Shown here: positions 38,156-48,584 of the stretch, piece by piece
Position numbering within the stretch: position 1 is the stretch's first letter
Layout: every line of letters starts with the position of its first letter
Assembly: GCA_017442155.1 (NCBI GenBank)
Contig: JAFSAU010000043.1
Location: forward strand, 3,020 to 67,019
Length of the DNA: 64,000 bases
Origin: Clostridia bacterium
Lineage (GTDB): Bacteria; Bacillota; Clostridia; UMGS1883; UMGS1540
Direction: 5' to 3'
Notes under the pieces: model-generated
The model's input: the letters and a program-made list of their open reading frames with translations, nothing else
Databases searched by the model: none
Told to the model about the DNA's origin: nothing
Program-made: the position numbers and the translations under genes

Positions 38156-40657
38156 ATGAAATTACTGATACTGGACGGAAACAGCATATTAAACCGCGCG
38201 TTCTACGCCATTCCCTACCTGACCGCACCGGACGGACTGCATACGGGCGGAATTTACGGGTTTTTAGTCACGTTTCTGCGGACCATCCGCACGGAAAAGC
38301 CGGACGCCGTAGCCGTGGCCTTTGATTTGCCTGCGCCCACCTTCCGGCACAAGACCTATAGCGAATATAAAGCCACCCGGCAGAAAATGCCGGAGGAGCT
38401 GGCAGAGCAGCTACCGGTGCTGAAGGAAATCCTTTCGGCGATGCGTGTGCCGATTCTGGAAAAAGAGGGCTTTGAAGCGGACGATATTATCGGCACTGTG
38501 GCGGAAATGTGCGAGGAAGCGGGAGCCGATTGCCGGATTCTCACCGGTGACCGGGACGATCTGCAGCTGGCAAGTGAAAAAACCCACATTCTGCTGACGA
38601 CCACCCGCGGCGGCAAAACGGAAACGGTGGAGTTCGGTCCTGCCGAAGTCGAGGAAAAATACGGGGTTTCCCCCCAGGCCCTCATTGAAGTCAAGGGTCT
38701 GATGGGCGACAGCTCCGACAATATTCCCGGTGTGCGGGGCATTGGCGAAAAAACGGCTCTTTCGCTGATTCAGAAGTACAAAACCGTGGACGGCGTGTAT
38801 GAAAACTTAGGCGAACTGAAGGGCGCACAGCTGACAAAGCTGACAGAAGGGCGGGACCTTGCCTTTTTAAGCCGGGAGCTGGGGAGAATCTGCCGCTCTG
38901 TGCCCATGGAAAGAGAAATTACCGATTTTGCGGTGCAGGCATATGATACGGAAGCACTGGGTGCGCTTTTCCGGCGGCTGGATTTCAAAGCCCTTATGGA
39001 GGAGCTTTCCCTCCCGACCGAGGCCGCGGCCCAGGTGGTAAGCGTGCAGGCCTCTCCATACGCCGGACAGCTGGAAAACGTCGAAAAACTGTACTTTTTC
39101 CGGGGGGACAATACAGTTTTTGCCACGACAGGCGAAGGAGTATACGCCCTTTCGGAGGAAGAAGCCACGGCTCTCTTTTCCCGGGCTGATATACAAAAAA
39201 CCGGCCATAATCTGAAAGAAACCATGGTGCAGATGCTCTGGCAGGGCACAGAATTCCGTGGTGCGGCTTTTGATACGGAAATTGCGGCCTATATTCTCGA
39301 CCCGGCGGCCAGCCGTTATGCACTTTACGACATCTGTGAAACCTATACCGGCACCCGCCCTGCCGACGGCGCGGCGGCGGCCTCTCTCCTGCCCGCTCTG
39401 GAAACAGCACTCCGGGAGGAAATGGAAAAGCGGGAGCAGACGGCACTGTATTTTGACCTGGAGCTGCCCACGGCCTGGGCACTGGCTAAAATGGAGCACG
39501 CCGGCATCAAAACCCACGGCGACCGGCTCTCGGCCCTTTCGGAAACATTGTCCCAGGGCATTTCCGGTCTGGAAACGGCGATTTACGCCGCGGCCGGCGA
39601 AGCCTTCAATATTCAGTCCCCCAAGCAGCTCGGTGTGATTTTATTTGAAACGCTGGGCCTTCCGGCGGCGAAAAAGACAAAAACCGGCTATTCCACCGAT
39701 GCGGCCACTTTGGAAAAACTGCGGGGCAAGCACCCGATTATCGAAGATATTTTAGAATACCGCCAGCTTGCAAAGCTGAAATCCACCTACGCAGAAGGCC
39801 TTCTTCCGATGATTCATCCGGAAACCGGACGCATACACTCCACCTTCCATCAGACGGTGACGGCCACGGGCCGCCTGTCCTCCTCCGACCCGAATCTCCA
39901 GAATATTCCCGTGAAAACGGAGCTGGGCCGGGAAATCCGCAAGGTTTTCACCGCAAAGGAGGGCTTTGTGCTGGTGGACGCGGACTATTCCCAGATTGAG
40001 CTTCGGGTACTGGCGCATATGTCGGGAGATGCGCGGATGCAGGCGGCCTTTCTGGAAAATGCGGACATTCACACCAAGACAGCGGCTGAAATTTTCGGTG
40101 TTCCGGAATTTATGGTCACACCCCAGATGCGAAGCCGGGCCAAAACAATCAATTTCGGCATCATCTACGGTATGGGCGACTTTTCGCTGGCCGGAGACCT
40201 GAAAACAAGCCGGAAGGAAGCAAAGGCCTATATTGACAGCTATTTTAATACCTATAGCGGCGTACGGGACTTTATGGAAAAAGCCAAGTGCTTTGCGAAA
40301 GAAAACGGCTATGCCGTAACGTTCCTGGGCCGGCGGCGGTATATTCCGGAGCTTGCCGCATCGAATTTTAATATCCGCGCCTTTGGCGAACGGGTAGCCA
40401 TGAACGCGCCGATTCAGGGAAGCGCGGCAGACATTATTAAGCTGGCCATGCTCCGGGTGGATGCGGCTCTGGAAAGGGAACTGCCGTCCGCACGTCTTGT
40501 TCTGCAGGTGCATGACGAGCTGATTGTCGAAGCCCCGGAGAAGGAAGCGGAAGCCGCGGCGGCTTTAATGAAACGGGAAATGGAAGCGGCGGCAGAGATG
40601 GCTGTCCCTCTCCTGGCAGAGGCCGGATGGGGCAAAAGCTGGTACGACGCAAAATAG
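38156..40657 (+). CDS. polA: DNA polymerase I
   Basis: An N-terminal 5'-3' exonuclease domain (LLILDGNSILNRAFYA, GIGEKTA) and C-terminal family-A polymerase motifs (DYSQIELRVLAH; QVHDELIVE). 833 aa. Confidence 0.95.
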   Translation: MKLLILDGNSILNRAFYAIPYLTAPDGLHTGGIYGFLVTFLRTIRTEKPDAVAVAFDLPAPTFRHKTYSEYKATRQKMPEELAEQLPVLKEILSAMRVPILEKEGFEADDIIGTVAEMCEEAGADCRILTGDRDDLQLASEKTHILLTTTRGGKTETVEFGPAEVEEKYGVSPQALIEVKGLMGDSSDNIPGVRGIGEKTALSLIQKYKTVDGVYENLGELKGAQLTKLTEGRDLAFLSRELGRICRSVPMEREITDFAVQAYDTEALGALFRRLDFKALMEELSLPTEAAAQVVSVQASPYAGQLENVEKLYFFRGDNTVFATTGEGVYALSEEEATALFSRADIQKTGHNLKETMVQMLWQGTEFRGAAFDTEIAAYILDPAASRYALYDICETYTGTRPADGAAAASLLPALETALREEMEKREQTALYFDLELPTAWALAKMEHAGIKTHGDRLSALSETLSQGISGLETAIYAAAGEAFNIQSPKQLGVILFETLGLPAAKKTKTGYSTDAATLEKLRGKHPIIEDILEYRQLAKLKSTYAEGLLPMIHPETGRIHSTFHQTVTATGRLSSSDPNLQNIPVKTELGREIRKVFTAKEGFVLVDADYSQIELRVLAHMSGDARMQAAFLENADIHTKTAAEIFGVPEFMVTPQMRSRAKTINFGIIYGMGDFSLAGDLKTSRKEAKAYIDSYFNTYSGVRDFMEKAKCFAKENGYAVTFLGRRRYIPELAASNFNIRAFGERVAMNAPIQGSAADIIKLAMLRVDAALERELPSARLVLQVHDELIVEAPEKEAEAAAALMKREMEAAAEMAVPLLAEAGWGKSWYDAK

Positions 40658-40668
40658 GAGGAAACAAT

Positions 40669-41241
40669 ATGAAAATCTGGCTTACCGGCGGCAGCGGCAG
40701 TGGAAAAAGCCGCATTGCGTCCCTTTTTGCGGCGTCGGGCTTTGTGCTGGTGGATGCGGACGCTATTTCCAGAAAAATTGCAGAGCCGGACGGTGCGGCA
40801 TATCCGGAGCTTTTAGCGGCATTCGGGCCGGACTTCCTTCTGCCGGACGGACGGCTGGACCGGCGGGCCCTGGGCCAGGCCGTCTTTACCGACCCGGAGC
40901 GTCTCACTGTACTAAACCAAATTTCCCATAAATATATTATAGAAGAAATGATACGGCAAGGTGCGGGGGAAAAAAATGTGCTGATGGATGCCCCTCTGCC
41001 GAACACCTTCGGCGTTCCCTGTGATAAAACGCTGTTTGTGACCGCGCCGCAGGAAGTGCGCATTGCCCGGATTATGGCGCGGGACGGCATTTCGGAAGAG
41101 GCGGCCCGGGCGAGAATCGAAGCCCAGGTGCCGGACGCCGTATATGAAAAAATGGCAGATGCTGTGCTTTATAACAGCGGTACTTTTGAAGAAACGGCGG
41201 AAAAAGCGAAAAAACTGATAAAGGAATGGTACTCAGCGTGA
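40669..41241 (+). CDS. coaE: Dephospho-CoA kinase
   Basis: A Walker A motif (LTGGSGSGKS), 190 aa, in the conserved position downstream of polA. An AGGAGG RBS precedes it. Confidence 0.9.
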   Translation: MKIWLTGGSGSGKSRIASLFAASGFVLVDADAISRKIAEPDGAAYPELLAAFGPDFLLPDGRLDRRALGQAVFTDPERLTVLNQISHKYIIEEMIRQGAGEKNVLMDAPLPNTFGVPCDKTLFVTAPQEVRIARIMARDGISEEAARARIEAQVPDAVYEKMADAVLYNSGTFEETAEKAKKLIKEWYSA

Positions 41242-41801
41242 GAAGAAGAAAAGGAGGCTGCCTCGGAAAGCTTCTGTCCTGGTGTCTTGTTGTTTTCATA
41301 CTGGCCTTTGGCGCACGCTGGGCTACAGAACGGCTGTTCCCCCTGCCCTTCGGTCCTTTGGTGACGGCGGCAGCAGAAGAAAACGGCGTACCGCCTGCAC
41401 TTTTATATGCCCTGATGAAAGCAGAAAGTAATTTTAACCCCTCGGCCCAGTCCGCCAAGGGGGCGAAGGGTCTGATGCAGCTGATGGACAGTACAGCCGG
41501 CTGGTGCGCCGAAAAATCGGGACTTTCGTACACAAATATACTGGACCCGGAAGAAAACATAGCCCTCGGTGCCTATTACCTCGGCTATCTTTTAAAGCTT
41601 TATAACGGAAACGAAACCACGGCTGTGGCCGCCTATAACGCCGGGCATGGCCGGGTGGACGGCTGGCTGGCAAATCCTGCGTATGCGCCGGACGGAAAAA
41701 CGCTTACCGAAATCCCCTTCCCCGAAACAAAGCGGTACGTGCAAAAAGTGTCACTGTATAAAAAAATATATGAACACAGGCTGCAAAGCATGGCTCCATA
41801 A
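41226..41801 (+). CDS. Lytic transglycosylase (SLT domain) protein
   Basis: ESNFNPSAQSAKGAKGLMQLM carries the SLT catalytic Glu-Ser motif, and AYNAG follows. An N-terminal TM anchor is present. The start is ambiguous between the ATG at 41226 and the GTG at 41238. Confidence 0.7.
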   Translation: MVLSVRRRKGGCLGKLLSWCLVVFILAFGARWATERLFPLPFGPLVTAAAEENGVPPALLYALMKAESNFNPSAQSAKGAKGLMQLMDSTAGWCAEKSGLSYTNILDPEENIALGAYYLGYLLKLYNGNETTAVAAYNAGHGRVDGWLANPAYAPDGKTLTEIPFPETKRYVQKVSLYKKIYEHRLQSMAP

Positions 41802-41855
41802 AAACAGGGAATGTAAAAAAACAAGTTTTTTACATTCCCTATAAAAATTCTCTTC

Positions 41856-43541
41856 TTATTTTCCTTCTTTTTGTGAGCCTGTAGGACTGACAATACTGTA
41901 TCCGACATTCACAAGATGGTCCGCAATTCTTTCAAGGCCGACGATAACGGAGGAATAGTACGGGCTTACGTCCACACTGCAGTTTCCTTCGGCAAGTCTT
42001 GCAAAATGGCTGTCAATCAGTTCTTTTTTCATCGTATCCACACGGTTTTCCAGCTGTGTCAGCTCCGACAGCTTTTCTTTTTTTACTGTGGCAAACGTAT
42101 TCCCTGCTATCGTAAACATCTGCATAACCGCTTCTCGCATTTCCGTGATTCCACGAAGCGCATGCTCCGAGAATGAAAGATTTTTGTTTATCATTTCGAT
42201 GCCGATTTCGTTAAAATTCTCGGCATGGTCACCAATACGTTCAAAGTCATTCAGAACATGGAAATACGACCCGATAATTTTTTCCTCGCTTCCCTCCACT
42301 TCTGCGGACAGCTTAATTAAAAATCCGGTTAATTCGCTATTTATAAAGTCAATCATTCTTTCATTTTTACAAATCAGGTCATTATGCTCCATAGACCCTG
42401 TTTCCATTGCCGCAAAGCTCAGGCGCGTATTTTCCTCTGCCAGAGAAATCATATAATTGATTTCTTTTTTCACCTGCATAAAGGCAACGGGAGGTGTGGA
42501 AAGAAGTCTTTCGTCAACATATTTCAGAGACAGCCCCTCTGTTACTTCTTTCTTTTCCCTGATGACTGTACATGAATACGCAACAAGCTGTTTCACAAAC
42601 GGCAGCATCAGGCAGGTGGTGGTTACATTGAAAATAACATGGAACAGAGAAACCCGCATCTGCAGCGACATCGGGTCCTCTCCCGGAAATACAGATACTA
42701 ATACGTTTACAATGGGGTCTCTGAACAGCCAGATAATCACCGTAAACAAAACTGTTCCTATCACATTAAATGTAAAGTGTATGAGGGCAATTCTCTTAGA
42801 GTTGGCATTTGCACCGACAGATGCCAGAAGGGCCGTTACACATGTACCGATATTTGCGCCAAGAATAATAAACAGCGCAAGGTCAAGCGGAAGAACGCCT
42901 GCCCCGACCATCGTAATCACAACACCGGTGGCTGCAGAGGAGCTTTGTATGAGCGCAGTAAAAATACCACCCACCAATATCAGGAGGAGAGGAAAGTTAA
43001 TTGTTTTGAAAATGGCAGTAAACAATTCCTCGACAAGCGGATTCCCAAATGCCTGCTCACTGCTCATAATGTTAAGGCCGACAAATATTACGCCTAAACC
43101 GCAGCAAAGGCTGCCGGCAATCTTTACTTTTTCCTTCTGGGAAAAACCCATCATAACGCCCGCAAAGGCAAGTGCGTACATGGCCATATTGAAATAGTCA
43201 TTTTTAAGTGCAACCAGAACGCCTGTAATCGTTGTTCCGATATTGGCACCCATAATAATGGGTGTTGCCTGCATCAGCGTCATAACCCCTGCGTTCACAA
43301 GACCTATCACCATGACCGAGGTGGCAGATGAGCTCTGAATAATCGCCGTTACCCCGGCACCGATTCCAACACCGGAAAACCGGTTGTTGCTTATCCTTTC
43401 AAGCAAACGCTTCATGCCTGTGCCGGCACTTCTTTCCAGCGCATCGCTCATAAAATTCATTCCGATAATAAAAACACCCACACCTGCTAAAAGCCAGATG
43501 AGGCTCTGCAAAAGCTGCATAATTTCCTGTGATGATACCAT
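41856..43541 (-). CDS. Na+/phosphate symporter (NptA/YjbB family) with a C-terminal PhoU-like domain
   Basis: Duplicated Na/Pi-cotransporter motifs (GANIGTTITG; GANIGTCVTALLASVG) and a C-terminal helical PhoU-like region. An ATGAGGAGG RBS supports the start at 43541 (MVSSQEIM). Confidence 0.8.
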   Translation of the reverse strand: MVSSQEIMQLLQSLIWLLAGVGVFIIGMNFMSDALERSAGTGMKRLLERISNNRFSGVGIGAGVTAIIQSSSATSVMVIGLVNAGVMTLMQATPIIMGANIGTTITGVLVALKNDYFNMAMYALAFAGVMMGFSQKEKVKIAGSLCCGLGVIFVGLNIMSSEQAFGNPLVEELFTAIFKTINFPLLLILVGGIFTALIQSSSAATGVVITMVGAGVLPLDLALFIILGANIGTCVTALLASVGANANSKRIALIHFTFNVIGTVLFTVIIWLFRDPIVNVLVSVFPGEDPMSLQMRVSLFHVIFNVTTTCLMLPFVKQLVAYSCTVIREKKEVTEGLSLKYVDERLLSTPPVAFMQVKKEINYMISLAEENTRLSFAAMETGSMEHNDLICKNERMIDFINSELTGFLIKLSAEVEGSEEKIIGSYFHVLNDFERIGDHAENFNEIGIEMINKNLSFSEHALRGITEMREAVMQMFTIAGNTFATVKKEKLSELTQLENRVDTMKKELIDSHFARLAEGNCSVDVSPYYSSVIVGLERIADHLVNVGYSIVSPTGSQKEGK

Positions 43542-43981
43542 ATTTGTCCTCCTCATATGTAAAACTGCTTCCATTATATCGTATTTTGTTGTTTTTTTCA
43601 ATATATTTTTTGCAAAATTATGGATTTAATTCCAAAGTATACGAAACTCTTTCATTCTCTCGCAAATTTCATAATTTTTTCCTCCTGTTTTATCCTTCCC
43701 GGAACAGACATGTGTCTATTATACTTTGTATAAATTTTTATAGAATATATTGTAGTTTTCCACTCGCGACGCAAAGTAATTCATTGAAAAAACGCCAGTC
43801 GAAACTTGTCGTTTTTCTGGAAGATTCAGATGGTTTAGATGTAACTTCGCCGGGGGTGCTCGTAAAAAGGTGGTAGCGACAGCGCACCGTCGTGCGTGCG
43901 CTTGCAAATAAACAGGTGCGCCGAGCGGGCCTTTTTACGAAAAAGGAGGAACAGTGCAGCAAGTGACTGATTTTTTTGCAT

Positions 43982-44011
43982 AAAAAAATCGGAACAAGCG
44001 TAACTTGTTCC
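43982..44011 (-). terminator. Rho-independent terminator of the tRNA pair
   Basis: A perfect 9-bp stem CGGAACAAG-cgtaa-CTTGTTCCG, preceded on the plus strand by AAAAAAATC, which gives a U-run on the minus-strand transcript. Confidence 0.75.
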
Positions 44012-44015
44012 GACG

Positions 44016-44092
44016 TGGTGGGCCCTCAGGGACTCGAACCCGGGACCGTTCGGTTATGAGCCGAATGCTCTAACCAACTGAGCTAAGGGCCC
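44016..44092 (-). tRNA. tRNA-Met (anticodon CAT; elongator Met or tRNA-Ile2-lysidine type)
   Basis: The reverse complement is GGGCCCTTAGCTCAGTTGGTTAGAGC ATTCGGCTCATAACCGAAC GGTC CCGGGTTCGAGTCCCTG AGGGCCCACCA. It has the anticodon loop CTCATAA and a fully paired acceptor stem, so it is not an initiator. Confidence 0.85.
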
Positions 44093-44095
44093 GTA

Positions 44096-44170
44096 TGGTG
44101 ACCCCTACGAGAATCGAACTCGTGTTACCGCCGTGAAAGGGCGATGTCTTAACCGCTTGACCAAGGGGCC
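44096..44170 (-). tRNA. tRNA-Glu (anticodon TTC)
   Basis: The reverse complement GGCCCCTTGGTCAAGCGGTTAAGACATCGCCCTTTCACGGCGGTAACACGAGTTCGATTCTCGTAGGGGTCACCA is nearly identical to Bacillus tRNA-Glu(UUC). Confidence 0.9.
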
Positions 44171-44279
44171 AAAGTGCACTTTTGCTCAGCCGTACAGCTT
44201 AGTATACCACGCCTTGCGCAAAAATGCAAGCTTTTTTTATTAATTTTTTGTTTTTTTCAAAAAAAAGATACGAGGGGCT

Positions 44280-46220
44280 TTATTTTCCGATGCTGCGCCG
44301 GTACGCTTCCAGATACCGCTGGTTTATCTGGTTGCAGTACGCATGGTGCATATCGTACACAAAATCGTGATACTTTTCTATTGCAGTATAAACTATTTTT
44401 CCCTTATCCTCCGGCACGATAGCATATTTTTCGGGGACCCGGTCAAAGCTGCCTTGCTGCAATCTGCATGTACTGGTCCTGCTCCGTCCATCGTACCACC
44501 GGCAGGCTTTATGCTGCACGCATGACAGGTACATGAGAAATTTCACATGGTCTACGGTCTGCTCCGCATGAATGGGACAAATGATGTTCTGCCCTTTATA
44601 TTCCTCCATCATGGCAATCAGCATATCGGCAAAATCCTCTTTTCTGCCCCAGAATTTGCCGAACATATAGTTTATAACCTTATGATACTGGTTTTCCGGC
44701 TGCGTGGCGTAATCACCGGGATGCCGGGTGTGATACTCATAGTACACATAAAATTTCAGACCCTCTAAAAGCGCAGTGGCAAGATAGGGGAGCGGCAGGT
44801 CCTTTCCCCGCTTCCAGCTTGCATAGGCCGCATCACACGCCCGGGTGATCCAGTAATAATACCGGGCATCATACGGGTCGCGAAACCGCGCATTATCCGG
44901 GTGCATTACAAGACTTACGCCCGTCCAGGGAATGTTGGCCGGTAAAAACCCCACGGCAATATCAAGCATTGCCTGAATGTCGCCGTCCTCCGCTTTTTCA
45001 CGAAGACGCATAAATTCCGTATTCATGGAAAGGGCCTGGCGGGTGTTGCAGTCGTACCAGCGGCCATAAAACCTACGGTTTGGAGAATAATATTCCGGAC
45101 CGCCCAGGGGTACATTTGCAAAGCTTTTCTGTTCGCTTTGCAGAATTATCCGGTACATTTCCAGCACCTTTTGCGTCAGGTCATATGCTTTTTCCGCATC
45201 GCTTACGGATGGGGGCGTATCACTGAAATGTGCACCCCGGTTTGTAATCTGCCGGGCCTGATGAAAAATATTTGCCTGACCGGAAGACAGCAAAACGGGA
45301 GCACGGAGTGCATCAATCCGGTTTTCCAACGTCATATTGACAACTTCCCGGACGCCGTATTTTTTACAAAGGGCATGTGCTATACTTTCCAGCGCATCGC
45401 GCATATGTGCCAGGCTTTCCTTCGCCTTTTTCTGTTGCAGATACGTTTTTGCCGTTTTCAGCGACTGCATAAGCTCCCGGTTTTTCTTTTCAAAATTTTC
45501 CGGTTCCGCCTTACTTGTTTTTTCCTTCGCTTTAAAAGAAAGATTGACTTCGGGCGTTTTGGGCTGTACTTTCGGTGTCTGCTTTCCCGTCTTTTTTTGT
45601 CCTTGTTTTTTCGGGCCCGTCTTTGTTCCCTTTTGAAAAATCTTCGATTTTTCGTAATTGATAATCTTCCCCAGATTCCGTATCAGCTCTGCGCCCTTTC
45701 TCCCGTCAAAGTCTTTTTCGTTTTCCGGGCTGAGCATGATAATGGTTTTTTCGTACACGCGGCTGTACTCTTCCGGTATCACATTTTTCAGCTCTGCAAG
45801 CTTCTGCAAATGCCGCTGATTGCCGGGCGTCCTGTTTTCCCGCATCATTTCTAAATTCAGGCAAAGGGACACTACCTGCCGGGCCTGCTTTACGGCTTCC
45901 GGCATATTTTTTTCTGCAATAAGCTGCTTCAGCTTTGTATGCTCGGCGCGCATCTTCATATACGCCTGCGTCTGGTCCTTAGACGACCCGGCCTGTGCCG
46001 GTTTTTTTGTCTCTGCCGGCTTTTTTGCCGGAGCTGGTTTTTTTGTCTCTGGCGGCTTTTTTGCCGGAGCCGGTTTTTTCGGCATTGCTTCCTTTGGCCC
46101 TGCCTTTTTTTCCGGCATCTTCGGAAGCGGCGGAAGCAGGGCCGGTTTTCCTGTCGGTTTTGCTGCCGCCGGTTTTTCTTCCTTACCAAGTACTTCTTTC
46201 AGTTTTTTCCATAGGGACAT
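44280..46220 (-). CDS. Multidomain protein: Lys/Pro-rich low-complexity N-terminus, a DUF4145-like central region and an unknown Cys/His-rich C-terminal domain
   Basis: The start MSLWKKLKEVLGKEEK follows an AAAGGAG RBS at the ATG at 46220. Residues about 25-110 are KKPAPAKKP-type repeats. Residues about 300-400 (HMRDALESIAHALCKKYG...NIFHQARQITNRGAHFSD...AEKAYDLTQKVLEMY) match the DUF4145 pattern (iR..GN.aaH). The roughly 250-aa C-terminus has no family I can assign. The gene is translationally linked downstream of capA and serS. Confidence 0.5.
   Translation of the reverse strand: MSLWKKLKEVLGKEEKPAAAKPTGKPALLPPLPKMPEKKAGPKEAMPKKPAPAKKPPETKKPAPAKKPAETKKPAQAGSSKDQTQAYMKMRAEHTKLKQLIAEKNMPEAVKQARQVVSLCLNLEMMRENRTPGNQRHLQKLAELKNVIPEEYSRVYEKTIIMLSPENEKDFDGRKGAELIRNLGKIINYEKSKIFQKGTKTGPKKQGQKKTGKQTPKVQPKTPEVNLSFKAKEKTSKAEPENFEKKNRELMQSLKTAKTYLQQKKAKESLAHMRDALESIAHALCKKYGVREVVNMTLENRIDALRAPVLLSSGQANIFHQARQITNRGAHFSDTPPSVSDAEKAYDLTQKVLEMYRIILQSEQKSFANVPLGGPEYYSPNRRFYGRWYDCNTRQALSMNTEFMRLREKAEDGDIQAMLDIAVGFLPANIPWTGVSLVMHPDNARFRDPYDARYYYWITRACDAAYASWKRGKDLPLPYLATALLEGLKFYVYYEYHTRHPGDYATQPENQYHKVINYMFGKFWGRKEDFADMLIAMMEEYKGQNIICPIHAEQTVDHVKFLMYLSCVQHKACRWYDGRSRTSTCRLQQGSFDRVPEKYAIVPEDKGKIVYTAIEKYHDFVYDMHHAYCNQINQRYLEAYRRSIGK
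46001..46085. repeat. 36-bp tandem DNA repeat (about 2.3 copies) encoding the K/P-rich repeats
   Basis: GGTTTTTTTGTCTCTGCCGGCTTTTTTGCCGGAGCT repeated with one or two mismatches. It lies inside the CDS 44280-46220. Confidence 0.7.
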
Positions 46221-46233
46221 TCCCAATTCTCCT

Positions 46234-47307
46234 TTATTTAACCTTATATTCCTCCATCCGGCTGAGAATCCGTTCCTTTTCTGCGCCTTCACATGGCGTG
46301 GGCTTATAATCGTTATAGCCGCTCTGTGATGAAATACGGCAGGGTAAAATTTCACTTTCCCACTTTCCGGTCAGCACGCCGTCCACCGTTTCAAAGGTCA
46401 TCTGATAGATAAAACAATCCTTATCCCTCGGGTTATGGTTGCCGCCGAAGCAGAAATTACCCATGCTGTACACAATTTCCTTGCCCTTATACGTCTCAAT
46501 TCCCTGTATGACATGGGGATGGTGCCCCCAGACGCCGTCGGCCCCTGCATCAATCGCATAGTGGCCCACGCTTTTCTGCACCTCATAAGGGTAATTTTCC
46601 CCCTCCAGACCCCAGTGACAGCTGACAAACACCAAATCTGCGCCCTTATTCCGGAGCTCTGTAATCGCTTCCTTTATATTGGCGCGTACATCTGCACCGT
46701 CGTACCATACCGAAAAGGCGGCAATACCGATATACGTTTCATTCTCGCGCTTTTCCCCGCTTGCAGGGACGGCTTCTTCCCCGGGACGAACGGAAAGCAG
46801 GACGGTTTTATCACTGTATGCATAAGCAATGTTTTCTTCCGAAAGTGCGGCTTTTGTGTCCTGAAAGCCGGTTTCGCCGAAATCATAGGTATGGTTATTG
46901 GAAAGAGACACTACCTCAATGTCACCCGCCGAAAGAATTTTCGCATACGCTGCCGGACCCTTAAAGGTATAGGTTTTATCGGCCCTTTTTGTTTCCTCGG
47001 TTAGTGTTCCTTCAAAATTTACAAAGGTAAAGGAATCTGCGCGGAAAATGTCCGCGACATTTTCAAAAAAGTAGGCATAGTTTTCCCCTTCCTCCGCAAA
47101 ACGGGCATGAAAGCTGCCGGCGTAGGAAAAAGCGGGGTCACTGCCGAGCGTGCAGTCTCCGGCGGCCGAGAGTACAATCTGTGATGCAATCGGCGTGGGA
47201 ACAGGTGTCGCTACAGCCACCGCGGGTGCAGCTTCTTTGTGTGTACAGCCGGAAAGCAGCAGGCAAAGAATGCCTACTGCCGCCAGACGGATATATTTTT
47301 TTCTCAT
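46234..47307 (-). CDS. CapA/PGA_cap-family metallophosphoesterase lipoprotein
   Basis: A lipobox signal peptide (LLLSGC), an SNNH motif, and [12 protein letters not shown]...GHHPHVIQG metallophosphatase motifs. An ATGA overlap with the serS stop. Confidence 0.7.
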   Translation of the reverse strand: MRKKYIRLAAVGILCLLLSGCTHKEAAPAVAVATPVPTPIASQIVLSAAGDCTLGSDPAFSYAGSFHARFAEEGENYAYFFENVADIFRADSFTFVNFEGTLTEETKRADKTYTFKGPAAYAKILSAGDIEVVSLSNNHTYDFGETGFQDTKAALSEENIAYAYSDKTVLLSVRPGEEAVPASGEKRENETYIGIAAFSVWYDGADVRANIKEAITELRNKGADLVFVSCHWGLEGENYPYEVQKSVGHYAIDAGADGVWGHHPHVIQGIETYKGKEIVYSMGNFCFGGNHNPRDKDCFIYQMTFETVDGVLTGKWESEILPCRISSQSGYNDYKPTPCEGAEKERILSRMEEYKVK

Positions 47308-48572
47308 TTTTCGATTTTTTCAACGCCCATGTAGGGACGGAGGACCTCAGGAATTACAATGCTTCCGTCGCCCTGCTGGAAGTTTTCCATTACAGCCGCC
47401 ACCGTTCTTCCCACAGCCACACCGGACCCGTTTAAGGTATGGACCAGCTGTGCCTTACCACCGGCATCGCGGTACCGGATGGAAGCACGTCTTGCCTGGA
47501 AATCCTCAAAATTACTGCAGGAGGAAATTTCCACGTATCGGCCATAAGAAGGCATCCAGACCTCGATATCATACTTCATGGCCGCCGTAAAGCCAAGGTC
47601 CCCTACGCAGATTTTTACTACGCGGTACGGAAGACCAAGACCCTTCAAAACGCTTTCCGCATCTGCCGTCAGCTTTTCCAGCTCTTCATATGAATCTTCA
47701 GGACGGGTAAATTTCACCAGCTCCACCTTATTGAACTGATGCTGGCGAATGAGACCGCGTGTGTCTCTGCCCGCACTTCCCGCTTCCGCTCTGAAGCAGG
47801 CCGAATAGGCGGCGTGCTTTATCGGCAGGTCCGCACCATCTAAAATCTGGTCACGGTACAGGTTTGTCACAGGTACTTCTGCCGTAGGAATCAGGAAATA
47901 CTCCGTATCTGTCACCTTAAAGGCATCTTCCTCAAATTTCGGAAGCTGACCGGTGCCAACCATGCTGTTTCTGTGCACCATATAGGGCGGCAAAATTTCA
48001 GTATAGCCGTTTTCCAACGTGTGCTTATCGAGAAAATAGCTGATAATTGCGCGCTCCAGCCGGGCACCGAGACCCCGGTACACGGTAAACCGTGCGCCCG
48101 TGATTTTTGCCGCAGAGGAAAAGTCCAAAATACCGAGATTTTCGCCTAAATCCCAGTGTGCTTTCGGTTCAAACGGAAATTCTGTAGGTGTGCCATAGCG
48201 GCGGATTTCCACGTTATCCTCGTCGGTATCCCCGTCCGGAACGGTGGGATTGGGAAGATTCGGAATCCGGAGAAGCATTTTTTCCTGGGCTTCTTCTGTT
48301 TCTCTCGTTTCCGCATCAAGGGCCTTTACCTTATCGGAAAGCTCCCGCATTTCGGCTAAAATTGCAGTCGTGTCCTCGCCCGCTTTTTTCATTTTCGGAA
48401 TTTCACGGGAAACCTCATTCTGCCGGGCTTTCAGCTGTTCTGCCTCAAAAAGCAGGCTACGCCGCTTTTCATCCAGAGCCAGCACGGCGTCAATGTCCAC
48501 ATTTTCCTTCCGGCGGGCCAGAGCCTTTTTTACTTCTTCTGTTTCTGTACGAATTTTTTTGATGTCTAACAT
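47304..48572 (-). CDS. serS: Serine--tRNA ligase
   Basis: An N-terminal coiled-coil arm and class II aaRS motifs ([25 protein letters not shown]; [16 protein letters not shown]). Confidence 0.95.
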   Translation of the reverse strand: MLDIKKIRTETEEVKKALARRKENVDIDAVLALDEKRRSLLFEAEQLKARQNEVSREIPKMKKAGEDTTAILAEMRELSDKVKALDAETRETEEAQEKMLLRIPNLPNPTVPDGDTDEDNVEIRRYGTPTEFPFEPKAHWDLGENLGILDFSSAAKITGARFTVYRGLGARLERAIISYFLDKHTLENGYTEILPPYMVHRNSMVGTGQLPKFEEDAFKVTDTEYFLIPTAEVPVTNLYRDQILDGADLPIKHAAYSACFRAEAGSAGRDTRGLIRQHQFNKVELVKFTRPEDSYEELEKLTADAESVLKGLGLPYRVVKICVGDLGFTAAMKYDIEVWMPSYGRYVEISSCSNFEDFQARRASIRYRDAGGKAQLVHTLNGSGVAVGRTVAAVMENFQQGDGSIVIPEVLRPYMGVEKIEK

Positions 48573-48584
48573 TTTCTTCTCTCC

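Noticed and set aside
45138-46329. Several plus-strand ORFs (238 aa at 45138-45854, 169 aa at 45820-46329, and others) and an apparent repeat array that might be mistaken for a CRISPR or a gene
   Set aside because: All are antisense to the 647-aa minus-strand CDS. The periodic DNA is a 36-bp coding tandem repeat producing KKPAPAKKP units. It is not spacer-interspaced, and no cas genes are present.
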